Origin: an uncultured Eubacteriales bacterium
GTDB taxonomy: Bacteria > Bacillota > Clostridia > TANB77 > RGIG9151
NCBI GenBank assembly: GCA_964640345.1
Contig: CAZXFU010000038.1
Coordinates: 1-12,490, forward strand
Length of the DNA: 12,490 nucleotides
Reading direction: 5' to 3'
Shown here in pieces: positions 1 to 7,914 of this stretch. The notes beneath the pieces are model-generated. The model did not search any database and was not told where the DNA came from. It saw only the letters and a list, made by a program, of their open reading frames with translations. Each line of letters begins with the position of its first letter. Positions within the stretch are counted from its first letter, which is position 1. The position numbers and the translations under genes were made by a program.

Positions 1-468
1 TAAACAAGATAATTCCCTGTTATAAAATAATAGGTCAATAAAAAAATCATGATTTTCAACCTGAACTCTATATTCATCTCCAATTTCAATGATTTGATTA
101 AAGTTTATATAACATATATAACCACATCCTTAAAATAAGTTATTTGTAAATTTAAATAAATTATATCATTTGATTTGAAAAATTTATATATTTTCATTGA
201 ATTGGATTGAAAATCGATAATAATTTTTGTATAACATATTTAGTTGATTTGGTCAATCTCTTTTTTATTGCTCGTTTCACACACTTTTTAGAGGAATTTC
301 CTATTACATAAAAAATTATTTTAGGGCGATTAAAATTCTTAGAAAAATATAATATGTAAAAGTTGTAGACGTATGAGAGAGCTAAAACTATGTAATTAGT
401 TGATAATCCAGAAATTCTAAACATAGTATTAGGTGCTTGCAAAAATTTATAATAAAGAGGGTGCTTTA

Positions 469-1008
469 ATGGTTTATAAATGGTTATATAAAACCCCAGA
501 TAGTTTTGACGATATGCTAATGAGTAGTGATGGCGAATATTTAACAGGCTTGTGGTTTATAGGCTCAAAAGATTCATCAAAACACATTGTTGAGTGTGAA
601 GAAAAAGATTTGATGATATTTAAAGAAACAAGTCGATGGTTAGATATTTATTTTAGGGGTAAAAATCCGGATTTTACACCTAAATATAAAATTAATAATT
701 TGACTCAGTTTAGAAAAGAAGTAATTGATGTAATGAATACTATTCCGTTTGGAAGTACCGTTACTTATCATGACATATCAAAAAATATTGCTGAGAGGAG
801 AGGACTTGAAAGAATGTCTTGTCAAGCTGTTGGAGGAGCTGTGGGTTGGAATCCTATTTGTATTATTATTCCTTGTCACAGAGTGGTGGGGTCAAATGGA
901 GATTTAACAGGATATGGTGGCGGAATTAAAAATAAACTTGCTCTTTTAAAGCATGAAAAAAATGATATGAGTAAATATTTTGTACCAAAGAAGGGAACAG
1001 CATTATGA
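469..1008 (+). CDS. ogt: Methylated-DNA--protein-cysteine S-methyltransferase (O6-alkylguanine-DNA alkyltransferase)
   Basis: ORF 433..1008 contains the alkyl-acceptor active-site motif IPCHRVV and typical flanks (VTYHDIS, GGAVGWNP). I place the start at ATG 469 (MVYKW...) because AAAGAGGG (454-461) lies 7 nt upstream. The GTG at 433 has no SD. Confidence 0.9.
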   Translation: MVYKWLYKTPDSFDDMLMSSDGEYLTGLWFIGSKDSSKHIVECEEKDLMIFKETSRWLDIYFRGKNPDFTPKYKINNLTQFRKEVIDVMNTIPFGSTVTYHDISKNIAERRGLERMSCQAVGGAVGWNPICIIIPCHRVVGSNGDLTGYGGGIKNKLALLKHEKNDMSKYFVPKKGTAL

Positions 1009-1550
1009 AAAGATGTAAATGGTGCAATGAAAAAAATCCTTTATATGTAGAATATCACGATAAGGAGTGGTGTGTGGCGAGATTTGATGATAATTATTTA
1101 TTTGAAATGTTAATATTAGAATCGTTTCAGGCTGGATTATCTTGGGAATGTGTTTTAAATAAAAGAAAAGATTTTGAAATTGCTTATGATAATTTTAGTA
1201 TAGACAAAGTGGCTAATTGTGGCGAAAATAAAATAAATGAATTACTGTCTAATACTAAAATCATAAGAAATAAATTAAAAGTAAAAGCAAGCATAAATAA
1301 TGCAAAAGTATTTAATGCTATTAAAAAAGAATATGGAAGTTTTTATAATTATTTAGTCTCATTTACTAAAAACAAAATTCTTTATGAGGTAGATAAAACA
1401 ACCAATCCTTTATCTGACGCCATTTCCAAAGATTTAATTAAAAGAGGAATGAAATTTGTAGGCTCTACGATTATATATTCATATTTACAGGCTGTTGGAT
1501 TTATTTATTCACATGATAAGGAGTGTTTTTTGTATAAAGAGCAATTATGA
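1005..1550 (+). CDS. tag: DNA-3-methyladenine glycosylase I
   Basis: The N-terminus CKWCNEKNPLYVEYHDKEWCV...LFEMLILESFQAGLSWECVLNKR matches my memory of E. coli Tag (CGWVSQDPLYIAYHDNEWGV...LFEMICLEGQQAGLSW). The start ATG overlaps the ogt stop (ATGA at 1005-1008). Confidence 0.9.
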   Translation: MKRCKWCNEKNPLYVEYHDKEWCVARFDDNYLFEMLILESFQAGLSWECVLNKRKDFEIAYDNFSIDKVANCGENKINELLSNTKIIRNKLKVKASINNAKVFNAIKKEYGSFYNYLVSFTKNKILYEVDKTTNPLSDAISKDLIKRGMKFVGSTIIYSYLQAVGFIYSHDKECFLYKEQL

Positions 1551-1656
1551 TAAAAATAATAAACATAAGCAGTTTAGGAGAGTGAAATAAATATAAAGCA
1601 GTAAAAACAAGAAAATATATGAATAAAGAAATTAAAAAAATTGAATAATAGGGTTT

Positions 1657-1700
1657 ACCAAAATAACAGCATACTGTTGACAGCATGCTGTTATTTTGGT
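1657..1700 (+). terminator. Perfect 16-bp inverted repeat hairpin; possible ogt-tag terminator and/or operator of the downstream operon
   Basis: ACCAAAATAACAGCAT (1657-1672) is the exact reverse complement of ATGCTGTTATTTTGGT (1685-1700), with a 12-nt loop. A perfect 12-bp palindrome ACAGCATGCTGT (1680-1691) is nested inside. The U-rich part lies inside the 3' arm, with no separate trailing T-run, so the terminator call is tentative. Confidence 0.4.
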
Positions 1701-1723
1701 AAGTTAAATAAGAGGTCGAAAAA

Positions 1724-2494
1724 ATGAGAAAAAATACGATTTATTATAAAACTTATGAAGATGATTTTGTTAAAAGTAAAAACCAATATTATGAGGTGGA
1801 GAAAGGTTATATTTGGAACCACACAAATTTGTTTTATTGTTTTGCAGAATGGTTATCATATAGAATAGCTGTTGCTTTTGACTTTTTTTATTGCAAATTT
1901 TGTCTAAGAATAAAGGTGGAAAATCAAGGAGTCTTAAAAGATTATAAAAATTCGGGATTTTTTTTGTATGGTAACCATACTCAGCCGGTAGGCGATGCGT
2001 TTATACCGACGTATGTTTGCAGAGGGAAGAAAGTTTATGTACTTGTAAGTCCAGCCAATTTGGGGATCCCGTTTTTGGGAAAGATATTGCCACTTCTTGG
2101 TGCTTTACCAATTTCAAAAACGAGAGATGGACTTGAACAATTAAAAAAAACAGTGGAAATTAAAGCAAGAAAAAGAAAGTGCATTGTAATTTATCCGGAA
2201 GCCCATGTTTGGAAATATTACACAAAAATTCGCCCATTTTCATCTAATTCTTTTAGATTCCCGATTGAAAATAATTTGCCGTCGTTTTGCATAACTACCA
2301 CTTACCAAAAGGCAAAAAAGAATAAGAAACCGAAAATGACAGTTTATGTTGATGGCCCGTTTTGGGGAAAGAAAGATGGAACGGAAAGAGAAAAGAGACA
2401 AGCCTTAAGAGATGAAGTGTATGAGTGCATGGTAAATAGAAGTAAGAATAGCACATATGAGTATATACACTATGAGGAGGAAAAGAATGTATGA
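1724..2494 (+). CDS. PlsC/LPLAT-family acyltransferase (atypical H-x5-D motif)
   Basis: Block I-like YGNHTQPVGD and block III-like IYPEAHVW resemble lysophospholipid acyltransferases. AAGAGG lies 8 nt upstream of ATG 1724. The stop overlaps the next start (ATGA 2491-2494). Confidence 0.7.
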   Translation: MRKNTIYYKTYEDDFVKSKNQYYEVEKGYIWNHTNLFYCFAEWLSYRIAVAFDFFYCKFCLRIKVENQGVLKDYKNSGFFLYGNHTQPVGDAFIPTYVCRGKKVYVLVSPANLGIPFLGKILPLLGALPISKTRDGLEQLKKTVEIKARKRKCIVIYPEAHVWKYYTKIRPFSSNSFRFPIENNLPSFCITTTYQKAKKNKKPKMTVYVDGPFWGKKDGTEREKRQALRDEVYECMVNRSKNSTYEYIHYEEEKNV

Positions 2495-3324
2495 ACATAT
2501 TGTATTGCGGAGACAGAAATATAGAAAAAGGGTTGATTATCTCGATTTTGTCTTTAATGAATGCGGTAAGAGAGCCATTAAATGTATACGTTGTTACCAT
2601 GGAACTAAAAACAGAGAATAAAACATATATGCCTGTTTCAGAAAATACTATTTGCAAATTAGATAATTATATGAAATTAAAAAACAAAGATAATCATATA
2701 AAATTAATAGACGCAACAGATAAATTTAATAGTGAGATACCAAAGAAAAATTTAAAAACTCGTTTTACACCTTATTGTATGCTAAGGTTGTTTGCAGACC
2801 AGATTACGGAACTACCTGAAAAAATTCTTTATTTGGATAATGACGTTATTTGTCGCCTGGATTGCTCGGTTTTTTATAATCAAAATATAGAAAACTATGA
2901 GATTGTCGGAGTTTTGGATTATTATGGGAAATGCTTTTTCAGAAAGAATTTATTAAAAGAGGATTATATAAATTCTGGAGTATTGCTTATGAATTTAGAG
3001 AAAATAAGAAAGACAGGTTTATTTGCAAAATGCAGATTTTTGTGCAGAACAAAGAAGATGTTTATGCCTGACCAATCAGCAATTAATAAATTAGCTATTT
3101 TAAAGAAGATAGATCCAGCACGTTTTAATGAGCAAAGGAAATTAAGAAAAGAGACAGTATTTCAGCATTTTACAACTAGTTTTAGATTTTTGCCGTGGTT
3201 TCATAAATTGACGGTAAAACCTTGGCAGATAGAAGATGTGCATAAAAAATTAAAAATATATGAATATGACGAGTTGTTTAGTGAATATGAAAAAATCTTA
3301 AATAAAATTGAGGGGGAAAATTGA
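2491..3324 (+). CDS. Glycosyltransferase family 8 (retaining, LgtC/GspA-like)
   Basis: DxD-type motif LYLDNDVIC, the GT8 signature YINSGVLLMNLEKIRK, and MPDQSAINK. GGAGG (2476-2480) lies upstream of ATG 2491. Confidence 0.8.
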   Translation: MNILYCGDRNIEKGLIISILSLMNAVREPLNVYVVTMELKTENKTYMPVSENTICKLDNYMKLKNKDNHIKLIDATDKFNSEIPKKNLKTRFTPYCMLRLFADQITELPEKILYLDNDVICRLDCSVFYNQNIENYEIVGVLDYYGKCFFRKNLLKEDYINSGVLLMNLEKIRKTGLFAKCRFLCRTKKMFMPDQSAINKLAILKKIDPARFNEQRKLRKETVFQHFTTSFRFLPWFHKLTVKPWQIEDVHKKLKIYEYDELFSEYEKILNKIEGEN

Positions 3325-3326
3325 CA

Positions 3327-4289
3327 ATGAACAATAAGAAAAAAGTTATACCGATTTTCTTTTCTGTAGATGATAATTATGTGCCTTATTTGGCTGTGGC
3401 ATTAAAGTCACTTATTTCTAATTCTTCTAAAAAATATGACTATAAGGCAATTGTTTTATATCAAGACGTGAATGAAACTAACGTAAAAAGAATAGAAAAT
3501 TTGAAAACAGATGGATTTGACATAGAGTTTGTGCCTATGAGAAATCGTCTTGAAAGTATAACAAATAGAATGTCTAACAGACTTCGTGCAGACTATTTTA
3601 CACTTACAATTTACTTCAGATTGTTTATTCCTGCATTATTTCCAGAGTATGATAAAGGAATATATTTAGATAGTGATGTCGTTGTTTTGGGAGACATTTC
3701 AGAATTGTATGGAATTAGCTTAAATGACAATTTAATAGGTGCTTCTGTTGACTATTCGATTCAAAATATACCTGAATTTGCTAAATATACTGAAAAAGGT
3801 GTTGGGGTAAGTGTGTCTAAGTATATAAATTCAGGGGTATTACTTATGAACTTAAAAAAGTTAAGAGAAGTGGCTATTGATACTCGTTTCTTAGAATTGT
3901 TAAATACATATCATTTTGACACGATAGCACCGGATCAAGACTACATAAACGCTCTTTGCTATGGGAAAATAGAATATATTCCGGAAACATGGGATACTAT
4001 GCCGGCAGAAGGAACTGCTACATCAAAAAAACCTAAATTAATACACTATAATTTGTTTGCTAAACCATGGTGTTACGATGATATTCAGTATGAAGATTAT
4101 TTTTGGAAATATGCAAAAGAGACTGAATTTTTTAGTGAAATAAAAAAATATAAAGAAAAGTATTCTAGTGAGCAGAAGAAATCAGATATAGAGTGTACAG
4201 GAAGGATGCTAAAGAGAGCTTTAGAAATTGCCGAACAAAATGAAAATTTTAGAACTGTATTTGAAATGGGAAAAGAGAGGCGTTTATAA
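3327..4289 (+). CDS. Glycosyltransferase family 8 (second paralog)
   Basis: N-terminal IPIFFSVDDNYVPYLAVALKSL, DxD motif IYLDSDVVVLGD, YINSGVLLMNLKKLRE and APDQDYINA. I prefer ATG 3327 over TTG 3321 because GAGGGGG (3310-3316) is better spaced for it. Confidence 0.85.
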   Translation: MNNKKKVIPIFFSVDDNYVPYLAVALKSLISNSSKKYDYKAIVLYQDVNETNVKRIENLKTDGFDIEFVPMRNRLESITNRMSNRLRADYFTLTIYFRLFIPALFPEYDKGIYLDSDVVVLGDISELYGISLNDNLIGASVDYSIQNIPEFAKYTEKGVGVSVSKYINSGVLLMNLKKLREVAIDTRFLELLNTYHFDTIAPDQDYINALCYGKIEYIPETWDTMPAEGTATSKKPKLIHYNLFAKPWCYDDIQYEDYFWKYAKETEFFSEIKKYKEKYSSEQKKSDIECTGRMLKRALEIAEQNENFRTVFEMGKERRL

Positions 4290-5140
4290 TGATTGCTCCA
4301 AAGCGGGATTTGGTTATTGAAAATATAAAAAACAGTATAGGAAATGGCGAGTTTAATTATAAAGTTGAAGTAGATGACCCGGATTTGTCATATGAAGAGA
4401 AAAGGCAACTCTTAGGAGACTTTATAAAATATAGAAAAACATTTTCTTATAAGGTAAAAAATTGTATTAATAGAATGATAGTAAATTCTGCAACATGGTA
4501 TATTAATCGCACGACAGAAATAAAAGGAATTGAAAATATTAAGGGGATACAAAACAGTGCTATTATAACAAGCAATCATTTTAATCCTATAGACAATACG
4601 ATAATTAGAGATTTTGTAATGAAATCCGGAAAAAGAAGATTATATATCATAAGCCAAGAGACTAACTTGGCTATGAGAGGGATAATTGGCTTTTTGATGA
4701 AATATGCAGATATTATTCCGATAAGCAGCGAAAGGAAATATATGGAAAATGTTTTCCCGAAGCTCATAGAAGAAAGGATAGAAAACAAGGATTTTGTACT
4801 AATTTATCCTGAACAAGAAATGTGGTTCAATTACAGAAAACCTCGAAATCTAAAAAGAGGGGCGTATTACTATGCTGCTAAGTATAATGTGCCTATTATT
4901 TCTTGTTTCGTGGAAATTAGAAATTTGGAAGAGATGGAAACAATAGAATTTCATAAGGTAAAGTATATTTTGCATATATTAAAGCCAATTTTCCCGGATT
5001 CGAGCAAATCAATAAAAGAAAATAGTGAAAATATGTGTAAAATTGACTATAACCAAAAAAAAGAAGCATATGAAAAAATTTATGGTAAAAAACTAAATTA
5101 TGAATTTGAACCGGAAGATATTGCGGGTTGGGTGTCTTAA
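4289..5140 (+). CDS. PlsC/LPLAT-family acyltransferase (canonical H-x4-D)
   Basis: ITSNHFNPIDN (NHxxxxD) and LIYPEQEMW blocks. The start overlaps the upstream stop (TAATG at 4287-4291). Confidence 0.75.
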   Translation: MIAPKRDLVIENIKNSIGNGEFNYKVEVDDPDLSYEEKRQLLGDFIKYRKTFSYKVKNCINRMIVNSATWYINRTTEIKGIENIKGIQNSAIITSNHFNPIDNTIIRDFVMKSGKRRLYIISQETNLAMRGIIGFLMKYADIIPISSERKYMENVFPKLIEERIENKDFVLIYPEQEMWFNYRKPRNLKRGAYYYAAKYNVPIISCFVEIRNLEEMETIEFHKVKYILHILKPIFPDSSKSIKENSENMCKIDYNQKKEAYEKIYGKKLNYEFEPEDIAGWVS

Positions 5141-5173
5141 AAATATTATTTTATATTAAAAGAAGGCGAAGAA

Positions 5174-5605
5174 ATGAATGATGAGTTAAAAAATGGAATT
5201 ATGCCTATTGTGAAGCTACTTAGTGAAGTTATTGAAAAAAAAGTAAATTCTGAGTTAAAAGAGCAGGGTATAACAGTTAGCCAATTGAGGGTCCTAGGCG
5301 TAGTGGCCCAAAGCGGTGTCGATGATGTTTCGTTGAAAGAAATCGAGGGGGTTTTACGTACTGCTCAAGCAACTATTGCCGGAATAGTGTCTAGGTTGGA
5401 AGATAAAAATCTTGTTGTTGGTTTTTCTGAGCCAGAAGATAAAAGAGTTAAAAGAATAAAGCTAACAGAACGTGGGAAAGAACTTATTGAAAGTACAAAG
5501 GACAAGGTATTAGATATGGAAGAAATATTGACTTCAAATTTTAGTGAATATGAAAAAGAAGAGCTTATTCGTTTACTTGGCAAGATGTATGATGCTATAA
5601 AATAG
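5174..5605 (+). CDS. MarR-family winged-helix transcriptional regulator
   Basis: 143 aa with a typical MarR layout: ITVSQLRVLGVV..., LKEIEGVLRTAQATIAGIVSRLEDKNLV, and wing KRVKRIKLTERG. It starts only 33 nt after the acyltransferase stop, with AGAAGG 7 nt upstream, so it is probably co-transcribed. Confidence 0.85.
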   Translation: MNDELKNGIMPIVKLLSEVIEKKVNSELKEQGITVSQLRVLGVVAQSGVDDVSLKEIEGVLRTAQATIAGIVSRLEDKNLVVGFSEPEDKRVKRIKLTERGKELIESTKDKVLDMEEILTSNFSEYEKEELIRLLGKMYDAIK

Positions 5606-5726
5606 TGCTTGGCATTAGGAGTAACGGTTTTATTACAGAATTTATGTGATTAACGATAAAAAATTTCCTGCTTTTTGAATAAAAATATTTGAAATGAGAA
5701 AAATATTATCAAAAGGGGGAAAAAAT

Positions 5727-6146
5727 ATGTATGAATTAGTACCATTTGGTAATGAAAGTATTTTTAACTATTTTGATAATTTCGAGAAAAATTTATGGGG
5801 GAACTCCTATAAGTCTATCGGTTCTTTTAAGGCAGATGTGGTTGACAAGGGAGATAAATATTTATTGCAAGCAGAATTACCTGGTTTTAAAAAGGAAGAT
5901 ATCTACATTGATTTAGACGGAAATTATTTGACTATTCAGGCTTCTCATCTTGATGAAAATCATAAAAAGTCAGAGGATAAAGTGGTTAGAAAGGAAAGAC
6001 AGTACAGTGCATTCTCAAGAAGTTTTAACGTATCAGGAATAAAGACAGATGGAATAACTGCTGAGTATAATAATGGAATTTTAGAGTTAGAACTTCCAAA
6101 GGAGTATGCTGAAAAGACAAAAACTAAAAAAATAGAAATACACTAA
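5727..6146 (+). CDS. Hsp20/alpha-crystallin small heat-shock protein
   Basis: Alpha-crystallin domain: KADVVDKGDKYLLQAELPGFKKEDIYIDLDGNYLTIQA...FSRSFNV...ITAEYNNGILELELPK. I set the start to ATG 5727 (MYELVPFG) because AAGGGGG lies 6-7 nt upstream. ATG 5694 lacks an SD. Confidence 0.9.
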   Translation: MYELVPFGNESIFNYFDNFEKNLWGNSYKSIGSFKADVVDKGDKYLLQAELPGFKKEDIYIDLDGNYLTIQASHLDENHKKSEDKVVRKERQYSAFSRSFNVSGIKTDGITAEYNNGILELELPKEYAEKTKTKKIEIH

Positions 6147-6181
6147 ATATTAAAAAAATTGCTTTTTTAATATAAATACAA

Positions 6182-6231
6182 ATCGCATCCCTGTATGTAC
6201 CGTTTGGGTATATGGGGGTGCGATAATTTTT
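6182..6231 (+). terminator. Intrinsic terminator after hsp20
   Basis: ATCGCATCCC (6182-6191) pairs with GGGGTGCGAT (6215-6224), 10 bp with one G.U. An inner extension pairs TACC with GGTA. The hairpin is followed by AATTTTTAT. Confidence 0.7.
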
Positions 6232-6286
6232 ATAAAAGCTTATTTTGCATCATTGACATTATACACAGTAGTTTGCTTTTTTGGAC

Positions 6287-6315
6287 TTGATTTATTGTAA
6301 AAAAAAAAATATAAT
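6287..6315 (+). promoter_or_regulatory. Sigma-A-type promoter for rpiB-tagO-mnaA
   Basis: TTGATT (6287-6292), a 17-nt spacer, then TATAAT (6310-6315). The spacer ends in an A11 run (6299-6309). It lies about 44 nt upstream of the rpiB start. Confidence 0.5.
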
Positions 6316-6358
6316 GTATAGGAGCAAAGAGTTATTTTTATGTAATAGGGAGGTCTTT

Positions 6359-6796
6359 ATGAAAATTGCGATTGGAGCAGACCATGCTGGTTTTGAGTTT
6401 AAGGAGCAACTAAAAGAATTTCTTGTAAAGAATGATCATGATGTTAAAGACTTTGGGGCTTATGCTTTTGATAAAAATGATGACTTTCCGGATTATGCGA
6501 TTCCGGTTTCAAAATCTGTTGCAAATGGAGAAAATGAACGGGGAGTTTTGGTTTGCGGAAGCGGAATTGGAGTAAGTATTGCGGCAAACAAAGTTAAAGG
6601 AATAAGGGCAGTAAACTGTACGTGTCGAGAGTTTGCGGAGCTTTCAAGAAAGCATAATGATACGAACGTTATATGTTTTCCTGGTAGGTTTCTTGATATA
6701 GAGGAGGCAAAAGAGTATCTTGAAATCTGGCTGAGAACTGACTTTTTAGGCGGAAAGTATCAAGAAAGAAACGATAAATTAAATATAATAATGTAA
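6359..6796 (+). CDS. rpiB: Ribose-5-phosphate isomerase B (RpiB/LacAB family)
   Basis: MKIAIGADHAGFEFKEQLKEFL...GVLVCGSGIGVSIAANKVKGIRA is the RpiB signature. I set the start to ATG 6359 because GGGAGG lies 6 nt upstream. The upstream part of ORF 6281.. would lie 5' of the predicted promoter. Confidence 0.9.
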   Translation: MKIAIGADHAGFEFKEQLKEFLVKNDHDVKDFGAYAFDKNDDFPDYAIPVSKSVANGENERGVLVCGSGIGVSIAANKVKGIRAVNCTCREFAELSRKHNDTNVICFPGRFLDIEEAKEYLEIWLRTDFLGGKYQERNDKLNIIM

Positions 6797-6831
6797 GAGG
6801 AATATATTAATGCACAAAAGGAGAAGCACAA

Positions 6832-7914
6832 ATGAGCGAGTATATAAACATAATAATGATTTTTTCTATTGCTTTTGTAGTATCATTTTTTATGACACCA
6901 TTTGTAAAAAATTTGGCTGTAAAATTAAATGCAATAGATGTACCTAAAGATGAGAGAAGAGTTCATAAAAAACCAATTCCGAGGCTGGGGGGTCTTGCAA
7001 TACTTGCCGGGTTTATTATGGCATTGATTTATTATTTTATAATGGTTGGGCTGGACTCTGTAGTATTTGATAGTAAAATTGTAGGATTGTTGCTTGGAAT
7101 AATAATAATAGAAGTTGCCGGAATTTGGGATGACATAAAGCCGATTAGAGCTTGGACGAAATTGGGTTTTCAGATTTTAGCTGCAGCAGTAGTTGTTGGT
7201 TTCGGTGTAAGGGTTGAATTTTTAACCAATCCTTTTGTCGAAAATGGAATTTTTGATTTGGGCATTTGCTCTATCCCACTTACTATGCTATGGATAGTTG
7301 GAATAACAAATGCAATTAACTTTATAGATGGGTTGGATGGACTTGCTGCCGGCGTCGCAACAATATCGTCTCTATCCTTATTATTTATTGCAATATACTT
7401 AAACCAACCACAAACAATCGTACTAGCTACTGGACTTGCAGGTGCAACAATGGGATTTTTGCCATTTAACTTTAATCCTGCAAAAATATTTATGGGCGAG
7501 ACAGGTTCCGCGTTCTTAGGCTTTACATTGGGAACAATATCTATTATGGGACTTGTAAAAAGCTATACAGCAATAGCAATAGTTGTACCGCTAGTCGTGT
7601 TGGGACTACCTGTGTTTGACACAGCGTTTGCAATTATAAGAAGAGTTTTAAGTGGTAAGTCCCCGATGCAAGCAGATAGAGGGCATTTACACCATAGACT
7701 TGTTGATTCGGGTTTATCTCAAAGACAGTCTGTTGTCATATTATATATAGTAAGTGCATTTTTAGGATTGGCAGGTATTGTTTTAATAGAAACGGGAATT
7801 TGGAAGTTTACTTTACTTATTTTGACAATTGTTATATTTATTATTGCGGGTAGTAGATATATGGGAGAAATGAATGGAATAGAAAAAGGAGATAATGAAG
7901 ATGAAAAAAATTAA
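6832..7914 (+). CDS. tagO: Undecaprenyl-phosphate N-acetylglucosamine-1-phosphate transferase (MraY/WecA/TagO family, GT4)
   Basis: Polytopic membrane protein with family motifs PIPRLGGLAIL, WDDIKPI, NAINFIDGLDGLAAG and GETGSAFLGF. AAGGAG lies 8 nt upstream of the ATG. Confidence 0.88.
   Translation: MSEYINIIMIFSIAFVVSFFMTPFVKNLAVKLNAIDVPKDERRVHKKPIPRLGGLAILAGFIMALIYYFIMVGLDSVVFDSKIVGLLLGIIIIEVAGIWDDIKPIRAWTKLGFQILAAAVVVGFGVRVEFLTNPFVENGIFDLGICSIPLTMLWIVGITNAINFIDGLDGLAAGVATISSLSLLFIAIYLNQPQTIVLATGLAGATMGFLPFNFNPAKIFMGETGSAFLGFTLGTISIMGLVKSYTAIAIVVPLVVLGLPVFDTAFAIIRRVLSGKSPMQADRGHLHHRLVDSGLSQRQSVVILYIVSAFLGLAGIVLIETGIWKFTLLILTIVIFIIAGSRYMGEMNGIEKGDNEDEKN

Noticed and set aside
1-76. Possible 5' end of a - strand gene running off the left edge (ATG at 76-74 or 50-48, reading MNIEFRLKIMIFLLTYYFITGNYLV...)
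   Set aside because: Only about 25 codons are visible. GGAG abuts the first ATG with no spacer, and the second ATG has only a weak AGG. It cannot be distinguished from chance without the sequence to the left.
90-251. Three copies of TGATTTG (90-96, 171-177, 245-251) and a DnaA-box-like ATAACCACA (119-127) in the long AT-rich leader
   Set aside because: These are short motifs in very AT-rich DNA with no consistent extended context or spacing. The DnaA-like site has two mismatches and is single. This is insufficient to call iterons or an origin.
194-442. 82-aa ORF on the - strand in the upstream AT-rich region
   Set aside because: The translation is low-complexity and AT-driven (runs of I/K/N/F/Y). 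There is no SD before its ATG, and it overlaps the ogt ribosome-binding region. I treat 1-468 as essentially intergenic.
1501-1686. 61-aa hydrophobic ORF on the - strand
   Set aside because: It starts inside the palindrome with no SD and overlaps the 3' end of tag by 50 nt. The hydrophobic composition is expected from translating T-rich antisense sequence.
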